In this document: piece after piece, positions 15,234 through 24,540 of the stretch | How the letters are laid out: every line of letters begins with the position of its first letter | Numbering within the stretch: the stretch's first letter is position 1 | Source of the DNA: a virus | Lineage: Duplodnaviria > Caudoviricetes | Strand: one strand, 5' to 3' | Length of the DNA: 26,011 nucleotides | IMG/VR virus record: IMGVR_UViG_3300032257_000087 | Coordinates: 1-26,011 of that record | Notes under the pieces: generated by a model | What the model saw: only the letters and a program-made list of their open reading frames with translations | What the model was told of the DNA's origin: nothing | Database searches by the model: none | Program-made: the position numbers and the translations under genes

Positions 15234-17852
15234 ATGGCTCGCGTCTGGCCCGCTAACGACTCGTTCACTGAGGGGGCCGACCCCTACGGCGAGGTGCTCC
15301 GCGGCTACCTGTCCTGGGTCCCCGACTCGGGTGCATATCAGCACGGCATTCCGTACCAGATCACCGCGGTCGCTCCCCGATGGAGCCTCACGTCCAGGGA
15401 CCCGAGCGCGAATGACGATTGGCCCGTGGGCCAGGTGCGGCGCGAGGTCTTCGGTGCGAACTGCCGCGTGTCCATGACCGCCCAGGTCACCTCTGTCTTC
15501 GGTGGCGTGACATCGGACAGGCACTACCGTAATGGCGTGGTCGCTCGCTGCCGGAACGGAACCCTGGCCAACGACGGCGAGCCCTGGGTCGGATACGAGG
15601 ACGGCGACTGCTATGCCTTCTACGTGGTCCGCACAGGCACCAACCTCGTGCGCTTCCGGCTGTCCCGCTATAACACCGGGACCGAGACGATCCTCAAGCA
15701 AAGCGACGAGCTCACGCTGGGACCTACGTCCTTCGTGCTCGCGTTCACACTCAGGCTCGAGGTCTCGACGGATGTCCTCAACCGCGTTTCCCTGAAGGGC
15801 GTGGCCGAGGGCTTCTCGTTCACGGTTGCCAGTGTCGTGGGCTCGAACATCTACCCGGCAACGGCAGGGCCAGGCGCCTACGTCGGAGGCTCCTTTCAGG
15901 GCGGGCACTACAACATCAAGCCCCAAAGGGAAGGCGGCATCGGGTCCAGCGGCTTCTCCATGCTCGAGGCCGTGGACACGTCCGGCAGCCGGATCCTGGC
16001 AGACGGACGCTGCGGCTACTTCGCGGACCACGACCGCACCTACCCGGGATCGGTCTTCGCCACGACGCAACTCGCGGAGTTCAGCGTGGACGCATTGGAC
16101 CAAGGGGTGACGGTGTGGCGGGACGAAGGCGCTCGCGTGGCTCCCGCGGCCAGGCGCAACGTGGAGGATCTCTTCAACCTGCTCGGCGGAGACATGGGAT
16201 CCGACTGGTGGAACGATGCCGGCGGGCAGAACTGGTGGGATGCGAACAAGAACCTCCTGGTTGCCACCCAGGCTTTCGACAACGTGCTCTGGATCAAGAC
16301 CGGGGTGACTGTTGGAGCGAACGCAGACGGCGGCCCCAGCGGTGTGGGGAACGCGGACAGGCTGACGGGAACGGGGACGGCCCACGTAATCCACCAAGAC
16401 GTACCTGCATCCAAGGTCGTCAACGGCCGCCGCTATATCGGCCAGGTCAAGCTGAAGAAGGACACCACGAACCAGACGATCGTCCGTATCGAGGAGGTCG
16501 GCGGGACGCGCTTCACGCAGATGCTCGTGGACTTCGATGGGGCGGGCATCGGGACGAAGGGCACGGTGACGACGGGAGGGACAGGAGTCCACGGCTCGGA
16601 CCTGGCCTCGGATGCAAACGGCTACTTCCTGGCGGAGGTCTCGATCGACGGGGTCGGCGGGAACGCCGTCCGTCTGGAGATCACGCCGAGCTCGAGCGGC
16701 ACGGGCGCAGTCTTCGCCGATGAGGCCGGGATAGCCCAGCAGCCATCTCTCACCGCATGGGCCGCGCCCTTCTACGGAGAGGAGTACGCCATGCGGCGGG
16801 ACGCGGGCAACGACCGCATCGAGTTCTCGCACATCGGCGGGGTGGCGGGGAGCTTGCATTGCTGGTCGCAGCGCGTGGCGGACAACATCAGGAGCCAGCA
16901 CCGCCGCATCACGGTCCAGTTCTCTTCGGTGACTCCGGTAGGGCAGCGCGTCGGAATCATGCTGCGCGGCTTCGGGGACCAAAACCTGAACGCTCACCTC
17001 TACTACATGCTGACGGTGGAGCCTGGCGCAGACGGGGTCGCGGCTCTCCGCCTCTTCCGAAGAAACAATGGCTTCTCGGATATCGAGCTCGCCAACAAGA
17101 CGAGCGGCTTCGCAATCAACGCCGCGACGAACTACACAATCGCGCTCAACACGTACTCCCTAGACGGCCCCACCGTGGACGGCCCGCCCGTTCTCCAGGT
17201 CTACCTGAACGGAGCCCTGCAGGTGCTCTCGGACGTGAACGGGACGCTCCTCTTCCAGACTGACGGGACGATGACCGATCCCAGCGCGGGCGCCATCCTC
17301 ACCGGGACGATGGAGGGCATCCGCATCGTCCACCCAGGAGGAGGCACCTACTCGATCTACGTGGACGCCTGGACGCAGCTCGCCCTCAACCTGGAGGGAA
17401 CGAAGAAGCAGGACTACGCGACGATCCCGTTCAGGAAGGAGTCCGATGGCGCCTTCGGCACGCTGGCCCTCACTCCCGCCTGGGTGGTGTCTCGTTCCGA
17501 CCAGACCGCTCCGGTAGTTCGGCACCGGTACTCCGATGCCACATCGTCGGCACTCGCCACGGGAACGGACACGCGCTCCCGCTACCAGATCCGGAAGACG
17601 GTGGTGGGTCCCAACGGAGGCGAGGACGAGGACGTGCGCTCGCTCCAGCAGTTCTGGAAAGACCACAAGGGCTTCGTCTACGGGTTCCTCTGGGCACCGC
17701 CTGGGCAGCGCACGCCGACCCTCCACAAGTTCAGGCGCGACTCCCTCACGGTCGAGAAGATCAAGAACGCCCCGGACTACCAAAGCACGATGAACGCCAC
17801 CTGGGCGATCACGGCCGAGATCGACGCGATCCTGGAGGCCCCGAATGCCTGA
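15234..17852 (+). CDS. Large modular distal-tail protein: putative carbohydrate-binding domains plus a C-terminal gpM/Dit-like domain
   Basis: Directly after the tape measure with GAGGTG SD. Last ~130 aa (LQQFWKDHKG...FLWAPPG) are gpM-like. The N-terminal ~740 aa are beta-rich, lectin/CBM-like. Confidence 0.65.
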   Translation: MARVWPANDSFTEGADPYGEVLRGYLSWVPDSGAYQHGIPYQITAVAPRWSLTSRDPSANDDWPVGQVRREVFGANCRVSMTAQVTSVFGGVTSDRHYRNGVVARCRNGTLANDGEPWVGYEDGDCYAFYVVRTGTNLVRFRLSRYNTGTETILKQSDELTLGPTSFVLAFTLRLEVSTDVLNRVSLKGVAEGFSFTVASVVGSNIYPATAGPGAYVGGSFQGGHYNIKPQREGGIGSSGFSMLEAVDTSGSRILADGRCGYFADHDRTYPGSVFATTQLAEFSVDALDQGVTVWRDEGARVAPAARRNVEDLFNLLGGDMGSDWWNDAGGQNWWDANKNLLVATQAFDNVLWIKTGVTVGANADGGPSGVGNADRLTGTGTAHVIHQDVPASKVVNGRRYIGQVKLKKDTTNQTIVRIEEVGGTRFTQMLVDFDGAGIGTKGTVTTGGTGVHGSDLASDANGYFLAEVSIDGVGGNAVRLEITPSSSGTGAVFADEAGIAQQPSLTAWAAPFYGEEYAMRRDAGNDRIEFSHIGGVAGSLHCWSQRVADNIRSQHRRITVQFSSVTPVGQRVGIMLRGFGDQNLNAHLYYMLTVEPGADGVAALRLFRRNNGFSDIELANKTSGFAINAATNYTIALNTYSLDGPTVDGPPVLQVYLNGALQVLSDVNGTLLFQTDGTMTDPSAGAILTGTMEGIRIVHPGGGTYSIYVDAWTQLALNLEGTKKQDYATIPFRKESDGAFGTLALTPAWVVSRSDQTAPVVRHRYSDATSSALATGTDTRSRYQIRKTVVGPNGGEDEDVRSLQQFWKDHKGFVYGFLWAPPGQRTPTLHKFRRDSLTVEKIKNAPDYQSTMNATWAITAEIDAILEAPNA

Positions 17853-18525
17853 GCAGATCCCCCAGTTCATCGTCCCGAAGAACATGCGGGCCCAGGGCTC
17901 TCCATTTATCTGGCTCTTCTGGCTCGCGACCGGCTCGACCATCCCGTCTGCGTATCGGTTCACGGCGAACAACACCGCCGTCTTCTTCGATGCGGACTCG
18001 TCCGGCAACCCGCTCGAGTGGACGCCCGGCAACATCACGTTTGGCGAGTTTGAGATCACGAGCGACGGGTCGCTGCCTTCGTTCGACATCGGCATCGGAG
18101 GTGGGCTCGGCGGCCTGATGCAGACGATTCTCAACGACCCTGATCTGCTGATCGGGCAGGACTTCGACATCTACCGGGTCCACGAGGACCAGCTCGGAGA
18201 CCCGTCCGCCAAGAGCTCGTTTGAAGGGACCGTCACCAACATCCACGCTGCCGTCGATGCGGTCGTGTTCACGATCAGCTCAGAGGACCTCCTAGACGTG
18301 CCGGTCCCGAACTCTGTTCTGGATCCTCTCCGCTGCCAGCGCCAGTACGGGGATCGAGGCTGCGGCTTCCAGATAGCGGTGCACGATCCCGACCTCACAT
18401 CCCTAGGGGCATGCCCGAAGACGAGGCCGGCCTGCCGGCTGCGAGGAGACCTGGAGGTGGCGAACGGTGCCGTGCGGCTTCACCCGAAACGGTTCTTCGC
18501 CTTCCCCGGTATGCTGGTCCGATGA
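17845..18525 (+). CDS. Tail tip protein, lambda gpL-like, with a C-terminal 4-Cys cluster
   Basis: RCQRQYGDRGCG...CPKTRPAC...RFFAFPG. Lambda gpL binds an Fe-S cluster through an equivalent Cys set. Synteny M-L-K-I-J. Confidence 0.8.
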   Translation: MPEQIPQFIVPKNMRAQGSPFIWLFWLATGSTIPSAYRFTANNTAVFFDADSSGNPLEWTPGNITFGEFEITSDGSLPSFDIGIGGGLGGLMQTILNDPDLLIGQDFDIYRVHEDQLGDPSAKSSFEGTVTNIHAAVDAVVFTISSEDLLDVPVPNSVLDPLRCQRQYGDRGCGFQIAVHDPDLTSLGACPKTRPACRLRGDLEVANGAVRLHPKRFFAFPGMLVR

Positions 18526-19025
18526 GCCGCCGCCTGAACGTCACGAAGGAGATGCTCGGGATCGAGTACGCCCAGATGCCCTGCGGGGCTATCGCGTGGG
18601 CCGTTCTGGCGTGCCATCCCCGTGGGCTTCGGTGGCCGATCCCCGCCCACGCGGTCTACCTCTCCGTGATGCCCTCTCCCGATTCCGTCTGGGCCGACAT
18701 CGAGGCCTACCTGAACGGTGGGGGCGAGGAGTGGGAGAACGTGGGCGACAGCCAGGCGGCGGCCACGGAGCTCGGCGACCTGATCATGAGCATCATGCCC
18801 GGCTACGAGGGGCCGCACCTCTCGGTCCTCATCGACGAAGGCACCCGCCAGTGCATGACGACGACGAAGGACATGGGCTGCATCGTGCTCGAGGCCTACC
18901 GGATTCGGCATGTCCAGGCGGTCTATCGGTGGCGCGGGTCCAGGGATGAGGTGGCCGAGGACGCGCTGCCCGCAATGCCGCGGCAGCTCCCGCCCCCCGG
19001 GCCTGGCGGGGAGGATGCGTTTTGA
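18522..19025 (+). CDS. NlpC/P60-like tail tip assembly protein (C-terminal part of lambda gpK-like)
   Basis: Start moved from 18411 to ATG 18522 (ATGA overlap). GIEY...CGAIAWAVL, GDLIM, PHLSVLI and terminal VYRW fit the NlpC/P60 pattern. Confidence 0.7.
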   Translation: MSRRLNVTKEMLGIEYAQMPCGAIAWAVLACHPRGLRWPIPAHAVYLSVMPSPDSVWADIEAYLNGGGEEWENVGDSQAAATELGDLIMSIMPGYEGPHLSVLIDEGTRQCMTTTKDMGCIVLEAYRIRHVQAVYRWRGSRDEVAEDALPAMPRQLPPPGPGGEDAF

Positions 19026-22000
19026 TCCGGGTTATCGACTGTAAGGCGTGGCAGGCGCCGCTCGAGCCCCGCACCGAGCGCCTGGTCGAGTACGTGCCCG
19101 GGATGCGTCCGTGCGACCTCGTCCCCCAGGGGTGGCCCGCTACTGCCGTCCTGGTCAACGGGAAGCTCCTGAAGGACGGAGAGCTCGAAGACCCCCGCGT
19201 CCTGTCTGAAAGGGCTCTCTGTCACACGGTGGCCGGCCCGATGGGCGGTGAGGTGGGGGCGGCCCTGGTCAACGCCCTCGTGTCTGCCGCGATTGGGTTC
19301 GCGCTCTCCAAGGTCCTCGGCATCCTGTTCCCGGGTCCCGACGACCCCACGGACCTGAACGACGCGACATCCCAGACCTACGGGTGGCGCGGGATCACGA
19401 CGATCTACCGCGGCGTGGGGCTGCCGATCCCTATGCCGTTCGGCGAGATGCGAACCGGTGGCATCGTCATCCAGTCCTGGATCGACAACGCTAGGACGGG
19501 GAACCAGGCGGTCAGCGTATTCAACGCCCTCATCTTGCTCGGCGGCCCCGGCCCCATGCAGAGCATCGGGGGGATCACCGTGGATTCCGACTTCCTGGAA
19601 GGAGAGGACCTCCCCGCTGGGCTGCTGATCAACGGCAACAGCGCAGAGAACTACGAGAACGTGTCGGTCTCGCTCCGCCTCGGGTCTCTCGACCAGGAGC
19701 CGATGCCGGGCTTCAACCAGATCCGCACGCAGTTCTCGGTCGATCTGCCCATCGATCAGGTGGACACGCCGGAGACGCCTGTCGTGGACTGGAGCATGGC
19801 CGCCGCCTACGACCTGGTCGGCGGGGACGGGTTCAGCGCCGCCACTATCGGCATCGTGTTCCCTGGCGGCCTGGTAGCGGTCAGCTCTGGAGGAACCCCC
19901 AACACGGGCACGGTCGTCTTCGAGATCCGGTACATCGAGCTGGTCTCTGGCGTGCCCAGCGGATCGTACTCGCCGGTGCAGACCATCACCGTCCAGGCAT
20001 CGATCCTCGATCGGTTCTTCGAGGACGTGACGATCCGCTTCTTTGACCCGGCCACGATCACGGGCGGTTCAGGGGGCAGCGCCCTTCAGCTCAACAACAC
20101 GACAGGCTCGGGCCACTTCCCGTACCTGCTCCTTCCCGGGGCCGGCTTCACGTCAGTCAATATCCCCGGCGGTTCCTGGTCGGACGGCGACGAGCCTGAC
20201 GAGTTCACCTTCGAGTGCTGGTTCCGACCCGACCTGGTTGCGCACATGACCCTGATGGGATGGGTGGATGCGACCAGCCACCCTGCGGGCCAGGAGGGAA
20301 GGCTCGACGAAGATGCAGCGATCAAGGGGCTGCAAATCTCGCTGAACAACGCCAACGGCTTCCAGGGCGTCTATGCGATCTTCGGGGACGGGACGCTCAC
20401 GGGAGGGTTCACGGTCAAAGGCGACACCTACGACACGGTGGGGGTGAAGGACAACGGGGCTGTCTTTGCGACAACCCCCGGGGCCGAGTTCGCGCACGTC
20501 GTCTTCACCTACAAGAAGGAGCACAGCGGATCGCTCAACCGCGTGCGCCTGTACGTGAACGGGGTCCAGGCCGAGGAGGTATTGACACCCACGGACCTGC
20601 TCTTCCCGGGAACGGAGTTCATGCTCGCGGAGAGCGACCCGTTCGTCTTGACGAACAGCACCGCGCGCGTGAGCCTCGAGCAGACGATGATCCTGGCTAG
20701 CGAGCTCACCCCGAACCAAGTGATCACGCGCTACAACTCAGGGCTCGGGACATACCAGACCAACGTGACCAGCCCCGTCGCGCTCTGGAGGTTCGACGCG
20801 ATCGTGGCAGGCACCCCCGACACGATCGCGGACGAGGTAGGGTCCGCCGACCTCGAGATCACGGACACGAAGAACGAGGCCTTGGTGACGGGGCACATCC
20901 TGACTCCGACAGCGGGGACCCCGATGGACTCAGATTGGCGGGTCGAGGTGCAGCGCCTGACCGCCGTCTTCGGCAGGAACGAGCCGGCCGTCCGAGACGA
21001 GGCCAGGTTCGGACACATCATCGGCATCGTCTACGAGGCCCTGGCCTACCCCGAGATGGCGCTGATCGGGCTCCAGGTGCAGGCATCCGAACAACTCAGC
21101 GGGAACGAGCCGAACATCACTCTACTGGGTGAGTGGATGGAGGGCCTCTCCTGGGACGGGGTCGATCCCGTGGACCCGGCGACGACGCTGGGGTACACGC
21201 GGAACAACGCATGGATCTGCGCTCGCGTAGCAACAGACGAGGTCAACGGGCTCGGTCAATACTTCAAGCCCTCTGACATCGCCTGGCCGAGCTTTCTGGA
21301 CTGGGCGAACTGGTGCGACGAAAGGGTCGCGGACCGCCTCGGGCAGAAGGCCATCTTCATTCTGCGCTACATCAACGACCCGACGCACGGAGACGTGCTT
21401 CGCTTCGAGTTCGGCCCCGGCGTTACGCCTCTCTCTCACTGGACGGTGGGGTACGAGCTCCGGATGCAGGTCACGGACTCCGCCAACGCGCCCGCGTGGC
21501 TTGCTCAACTGCTGGCGGTGGACACGTTTACCATCGTCGCTGTCCGCGCGTCGGCCTCCAACACGATCGACTGCACCTGGCCGCCCAGCGTTCCCCCGAA
21601 CCCGAACCCGGTGGTCTACTTCGTCAACGCGACCGGGGACGACATCGACTGCCAGGGTTCGCACGCTCGGCACCAGTTCGATGGCGTCCTGGAGCGGCGC
21701 GGCCAAAACGGATGGGACGCGCTTCGGGATATCGCTCGAGCCGGCCGCGCCCACATCTTCCGCGTGGGGCGCAAGCTCTGGGCGAAGCCCCAGAAGGCGC
21801 GCACGCCGAGCTTCATCTTCAACGACTCGAACATCGTTCAGGGCAGCTTCCGCCTTCAGGTCCTGAACAGGAAGAACGCTTTCAACCGCGGGCGCATGGA
21901 GATCCTCAAGGACTCGGAGCAGCACGCGCGGACGCTGGTCAGCGTGGACCACCCAGTCCTGAGTGACGCAACGAAGAACGTCCGCCTGATCCCCCAGGAC

Positions 22001-23845
22001 ATGCGCTACATCGGGATCACGCGCGAGTCGCACGCGGCGAGGGAGCTCACCTTCATGCTGCGAGCGGTGCAGTCCATCCGGTTCCGCGCGTCCTGGGTTG
22101 GGACTCACGAGACGATGCTCGCCCAGGTGGGCGAGATCGCGTACGTGAACCATGCCCTACCCGAGTGGGGCTTCGGAGGCCGAGCTCTGGCGGACAGCGC
22201 GACCGCTGCGGAGTTGTACCTGGACACCGCCATAGAGATCGTCTCTGGCGAGACGTACACGTGCGCGCTGTTCCCGCTCCAGGATGACAAGATATACACC
22301 GCCACCGTCTCGCTGGTTGCAGGGAGCTATCCGCGCGGAGCCGCGGTCACGCTCTCGGGGGACTTCACGGACGCGGACAGCAACACCATCATCCCGCTCG
22401 AGGGCGACCGCTGGGTCTTAGGTGCGCTGACGGATACGGTCCTCCTGTTCGAGATCGATGCGGCCACGATGGCGCAGAACGAAGATCGGACCTTCGATGC
22501 CCACGAGTACGTGGAGTCCGCATACGACGACAATGACTTCGAGGACTTCCCGACGACATCGGCCTCCGAGCTCTTGGTTAGCGGGCTGGACGATGACGAG
22601 TTCGCCATCCCGAAGCCGCCGCAGCGAGCGAACGCGGAGGAGACCACGTATCGAGACTCCGCAGGCGGCATGGTGCGCCCTTCGATCCACGTCAGTTGGT
22701 CGCCGCACCCCGACACCTCGCACCTGATCGGGGAGACGATCATCTGGGTTCAGTGGGCCGACCTGGCCGCTCCGCTCAAGCTGAAGTCTGTCCCGCCTGG
22801 AGAGGTCCAGGCCACGATCGACGACCCCCGCATCGAGGCCGGACGCGAGTACGACATCTTCGTCCAGACGGTGAGCAAGAACGGCTCCCGACGATCCCCC
22901 AACCTCTCGATTCGGGTCTCGGTCTTCGTCTTCGGATACCTCCCCGCACAGATCAGGCCGGCCAACCTGACTATCGAAATGAACGGGGACCGAGCGGTGT
23001 ACATCCTCTCGCGCACAGACTCCGCCCGGCAGCAGGTGGACTTCGCGGTGGAGATCCGCCGTGGCGGGTTCTGGATGGTGGGCAGCCGCATCATGAAGGT
23101 CCCGGCAGGGACGGACGCAATCCTGGGCCCCACCGCGAACTACGCAGGGCTCCCGGCCAGCGCAACAACGGGGATATCCAACCCCTGCACGTGCATCCGC
23201 TACGTCCTGTCCAACGGCTCCGTCTCTCGGCCATTCCAGGTCCGCCTGGACCCCCAGGTCCAACAGCAAGGCACGCCGCTCAAACAGGTATCGGTTGAAG
23301 ACGGGAACTGGAACAGCGCCGCGGACACCGCGGACCTGCCCGCGATCTCCACGGACATCCTCCGGGACACGGCCTTCACTCCGCCCCGACTCCACTTCAA
23401 CTCCGTTACTGCCCTGCAGGCCGACTACGATTCCGCAATCTGGGTCCTGGACGATCCCGTCCGCGCGCACGTTGCGATGGAGTTCGAGGGCTGGCAGGAG
23501 CACCCGATGACGGGCTTCGATCCGCTCATGGAGGGAACCGCAGCGCAGAGTCGTCGGGCTGAGAACTGGGGGGCGTTCGAAGGTCCCTGGAGCCCACTGG
23601 ATCCCGAGTACGGGCGCGGCCAGGTCCAAATCTGGTGGCGCTACACCGAGGACGACGTGCTCTCGGACAAGGAATACCGGCGCTACTCGCCAACCGAAGT
23701 TCTCGTGAAGCGCTTCCAATTCCGGTTCCGCTTCAAGCGCCCTACAGACGACTGGGATGTTTGGGTCACGCGGTTCGCGATCAACGTGCTACCTAAGAGG
23801 CCCGAGGCCATGCCGGATATTCTGTACGGAGGAACGTACACGTGA
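19022..23845 (+). CDS. Central tail tip/host-specificity protein (gpJ-like) with an N-terminal gpI-like domain, inserted LamG-like domain and FN3-like region
   Basis: TTG start with GGAGGA SD. VLVNG...PMGG plus a hydrophobic helix (gpI-like), GLPIPMPFG, YPEMALIGL..ASEQLSG..PNIT, NNAW, WCDE, FNDSNIVQGSF. LamG-like FTFECWFRP...HVVFTY...LYVNG...LWRFD. Confidence 0.85.
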   Translation: MIRVIDCKAWQAPLEPRTERLVEYVPGMRPCDLVPQGWPATAVLVNGKLLKDGELEDPRVLSERALCHTVAGPMGGEVGAALVNALVSAAIGFALSKVLGILFPGPDDPTDLNDATSQTYGWRGITTIYRGVGLPIPMPFGEMRTGGIVIQSWIDNARTGNQAVSVFNALILLGGPGPMQSIGGITVDSDFLEGEDLPAGLLINGNSAENYENVSVSLRLGSLDQEPMPGFNQIRTQFSVDLPIDQVDTPETPVVDWSMAAAYDLVGGDGFSAATIGIVFPGGLVAVSSGGTPNTGTVVFEIRYIELVSGVPSGSYSPVQTITVQASILDRFFEDVTIRFFDPATITGGSGGSALQLNNTTGSGHFPYLLLPGAGFTSVNIPGGSWSDGDEPDEFTFECWFRPDLVAHMTLMGWVDATSHPAGQEGRLDEDAAIKGLQISLNNANGFQGVYAIFGDGTLTGGFTVKGDTYDTVGVKDNGAVFATTPGAEFAHVVFTYKKEHSGSLNRVRLYVNGVQAEEVLTPTDLLFPGTEFMLAESDPFVLTNSTARVSLEQTMILASELTPNQVITRYNSGLGTYQTNVTSPVALWRFDAIVAGTPDTIADEVGSADLEITDTKNEALVTGHILTPTAGTPMDSDWRVEVQRLTAVFGRNEPAVRDEARFGHIIGIVYEALAYPEMALIGLQVQASEQLSGNEPNITLLGEWMEGLSWDGVDPVDPATTLGYTRNNAWICARVATDEVNGLGQYFKPSDIAWPSFLDWANWCDERVADRLGQKAIFILRYINDPTHGDVLRFEFGPGVTPLSHWTVGYELRMQVTDSANAPAWLAQLLAVDTFTIVAVRASASNTIDCTWPPSVPPNPNPVVYFVNATGDDIDCQGSHARHQFDGVLERRGQNGWDALRDIARAGRAHIFRVGRKLWAKPQKARTPSFIFNDSNIVQGSFRLQVLNRKNAFNRGRMEILKDSEQHARTLVSVDHPVLSDATKNVRLIPQDMRYIGITRESHAARELTFMLRAVQSIRFRASWVGTHETMLAQVGEIAYVNHALPEWGFGGRALADSATAAELYLDTAIEIVSGETYTCALFPLQDDKIYTATVSLVAGSYPRGAAVTLSGDFTDADSNTIIPLEGDRWVLGALTDTVLLFEIDAATMAQNEDRTFDAHEYVESAYDDNDFEDFPTTSASELLVSGLDDDEFAIPKPPQRANAEETTYRDSAGGMVRPSIHVSWSPHPDTSHLIGETIIWVQWADLAAPLKLKSVPPGEVQATIDDPRIEAGREYDIFVQTVSKNGSRRSPNLSIRVSVFVFGYLPAQIRPANLTIEMNGDRAVYILSRTDSARQQVDFAVEIRRGGFWMVGSRIMKVPAGTDAILGPTANYAGLPASATTGISNPCTCIRYVLSNGSVSRPFQVRLDPQVQQQGTPLKQVSVEDGNWNSAADTADLPAISTDILRDTAFTPPRLHFNSVTALQADYDSAIWVLDDPVRAHVAMEFEGWQEHPMTGFDPLMEGTAAQSRRAENWGAFEGPWSPLDPEYGRGQVQIWWRYTEDDVLSDKEYRRYSPTEVLVKRFQFRFRFKRPTDDWDVWVTRFAINVLPKRPEAMPDILYGGTYT

Positions 23846-24540
23846 CCCTTGAGCACAAACTCCGGATGCGGCAGCGAGACGTGCTGGCCGCCAACCGCAA
23901 GAACGAGACGCCGCTCGAGGGGGAGTTTATCTACGAGACAGACACGGGCCGCGTCTTCATCGGCGACGGGGCCACTGCCGGCGGGAACTTCGTTGGCCCC
24001 TCCTCTGGCTGGGGAGCGGCTGGATACACCTCGGGCTACTACTACATGCCGGACGGCATGGTGAACCTCCCCTCGGGTGGAACGATGGTCACGGGAACGG
24101 CCTACTTCATTCCGTTTACTCCGGAGGTTGCGCAGACCTTTGACACGATCTCGGCCAGCGTGACTGTGGCCGACGCTGGCGGCTCGTTCCGCCTGGCCGT
24201 CTACGACAACGACTTTTCCTCTGGTATGCCTGGAAGTCCGCTCGAGGAGAGCACGACCCTATCGACGGCGGGAACGGGCGTTGTGGGGCACACATTCTCG
24301 GGAGGTGGGATCGAGCTCCTGCCTGTACGCCACTGGCTCGCCTTCCAGCACACGGGTACGGCACAGTTCAAGCGGCACTCCGGGCAGGCCTTGGCGGCGG
24401 CGATCGCGGTTCTGGCCTCACCGCCCGACCGCCGCGGTCATCTTCGAGACAGCCATGCATACGGGGCCTTCCCGGATCCTGCGGTGATATCGAGCTCACA
24501 CAACGCGCCTTGGCCCGCGCTATTCTTGAGGGCGGCATGA
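23842..24540 (+). CDS. Short tail fibre/receptor-binding protein with an Mtd-N/hyaluronidase-N-type anchor
   Basis: GTG start with GGAGGA SD. N-terminal PLEGEFIYETDTGRVFIGDG is the anchor motif. Beta-rich C-terminal domain (FRLAVYDND...PG..L). Confidence 0.7.
   Translation: MTLEHKLRMRQRDVLAANRKNETPLEGEFIYETDTGRVFIGDGATAGGNFVGPSSGWGAAGYTSGYYYMPDGMVNLPSGGTMVTGTAYFIPFTPEVAQTFDTISASVTVADAGGSFRLAVYDNDFSSGMPGSPLEESTTLSTAGTGVVGHTFSGGGIELLPVRHWLAFQHTGTAQFKRHSGQALAAAIAVLASPPDRRGHLRDSHAYGAFPDPAVISSSHNAPWPALFLRAA

Noticed and set aside
14733-16997. 754-aa minus-strand ORF
   Set aside because: Antisense shadow of two in-frame high-GC genes (tape measure and distal tail). The translation has no recognisable motif, and strong codon bias makes this frame stop-poor.
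23842-24540. Diversity-generating retroelement target, suggested by the Mtd-N-like anchor
   Set aside because: No reverse transcriptase, and I saw no template/variable repeat pair differing at adenines. The anchor motif is widespread in non-DGR fibres. A DGR outside the window cannot be excluded.
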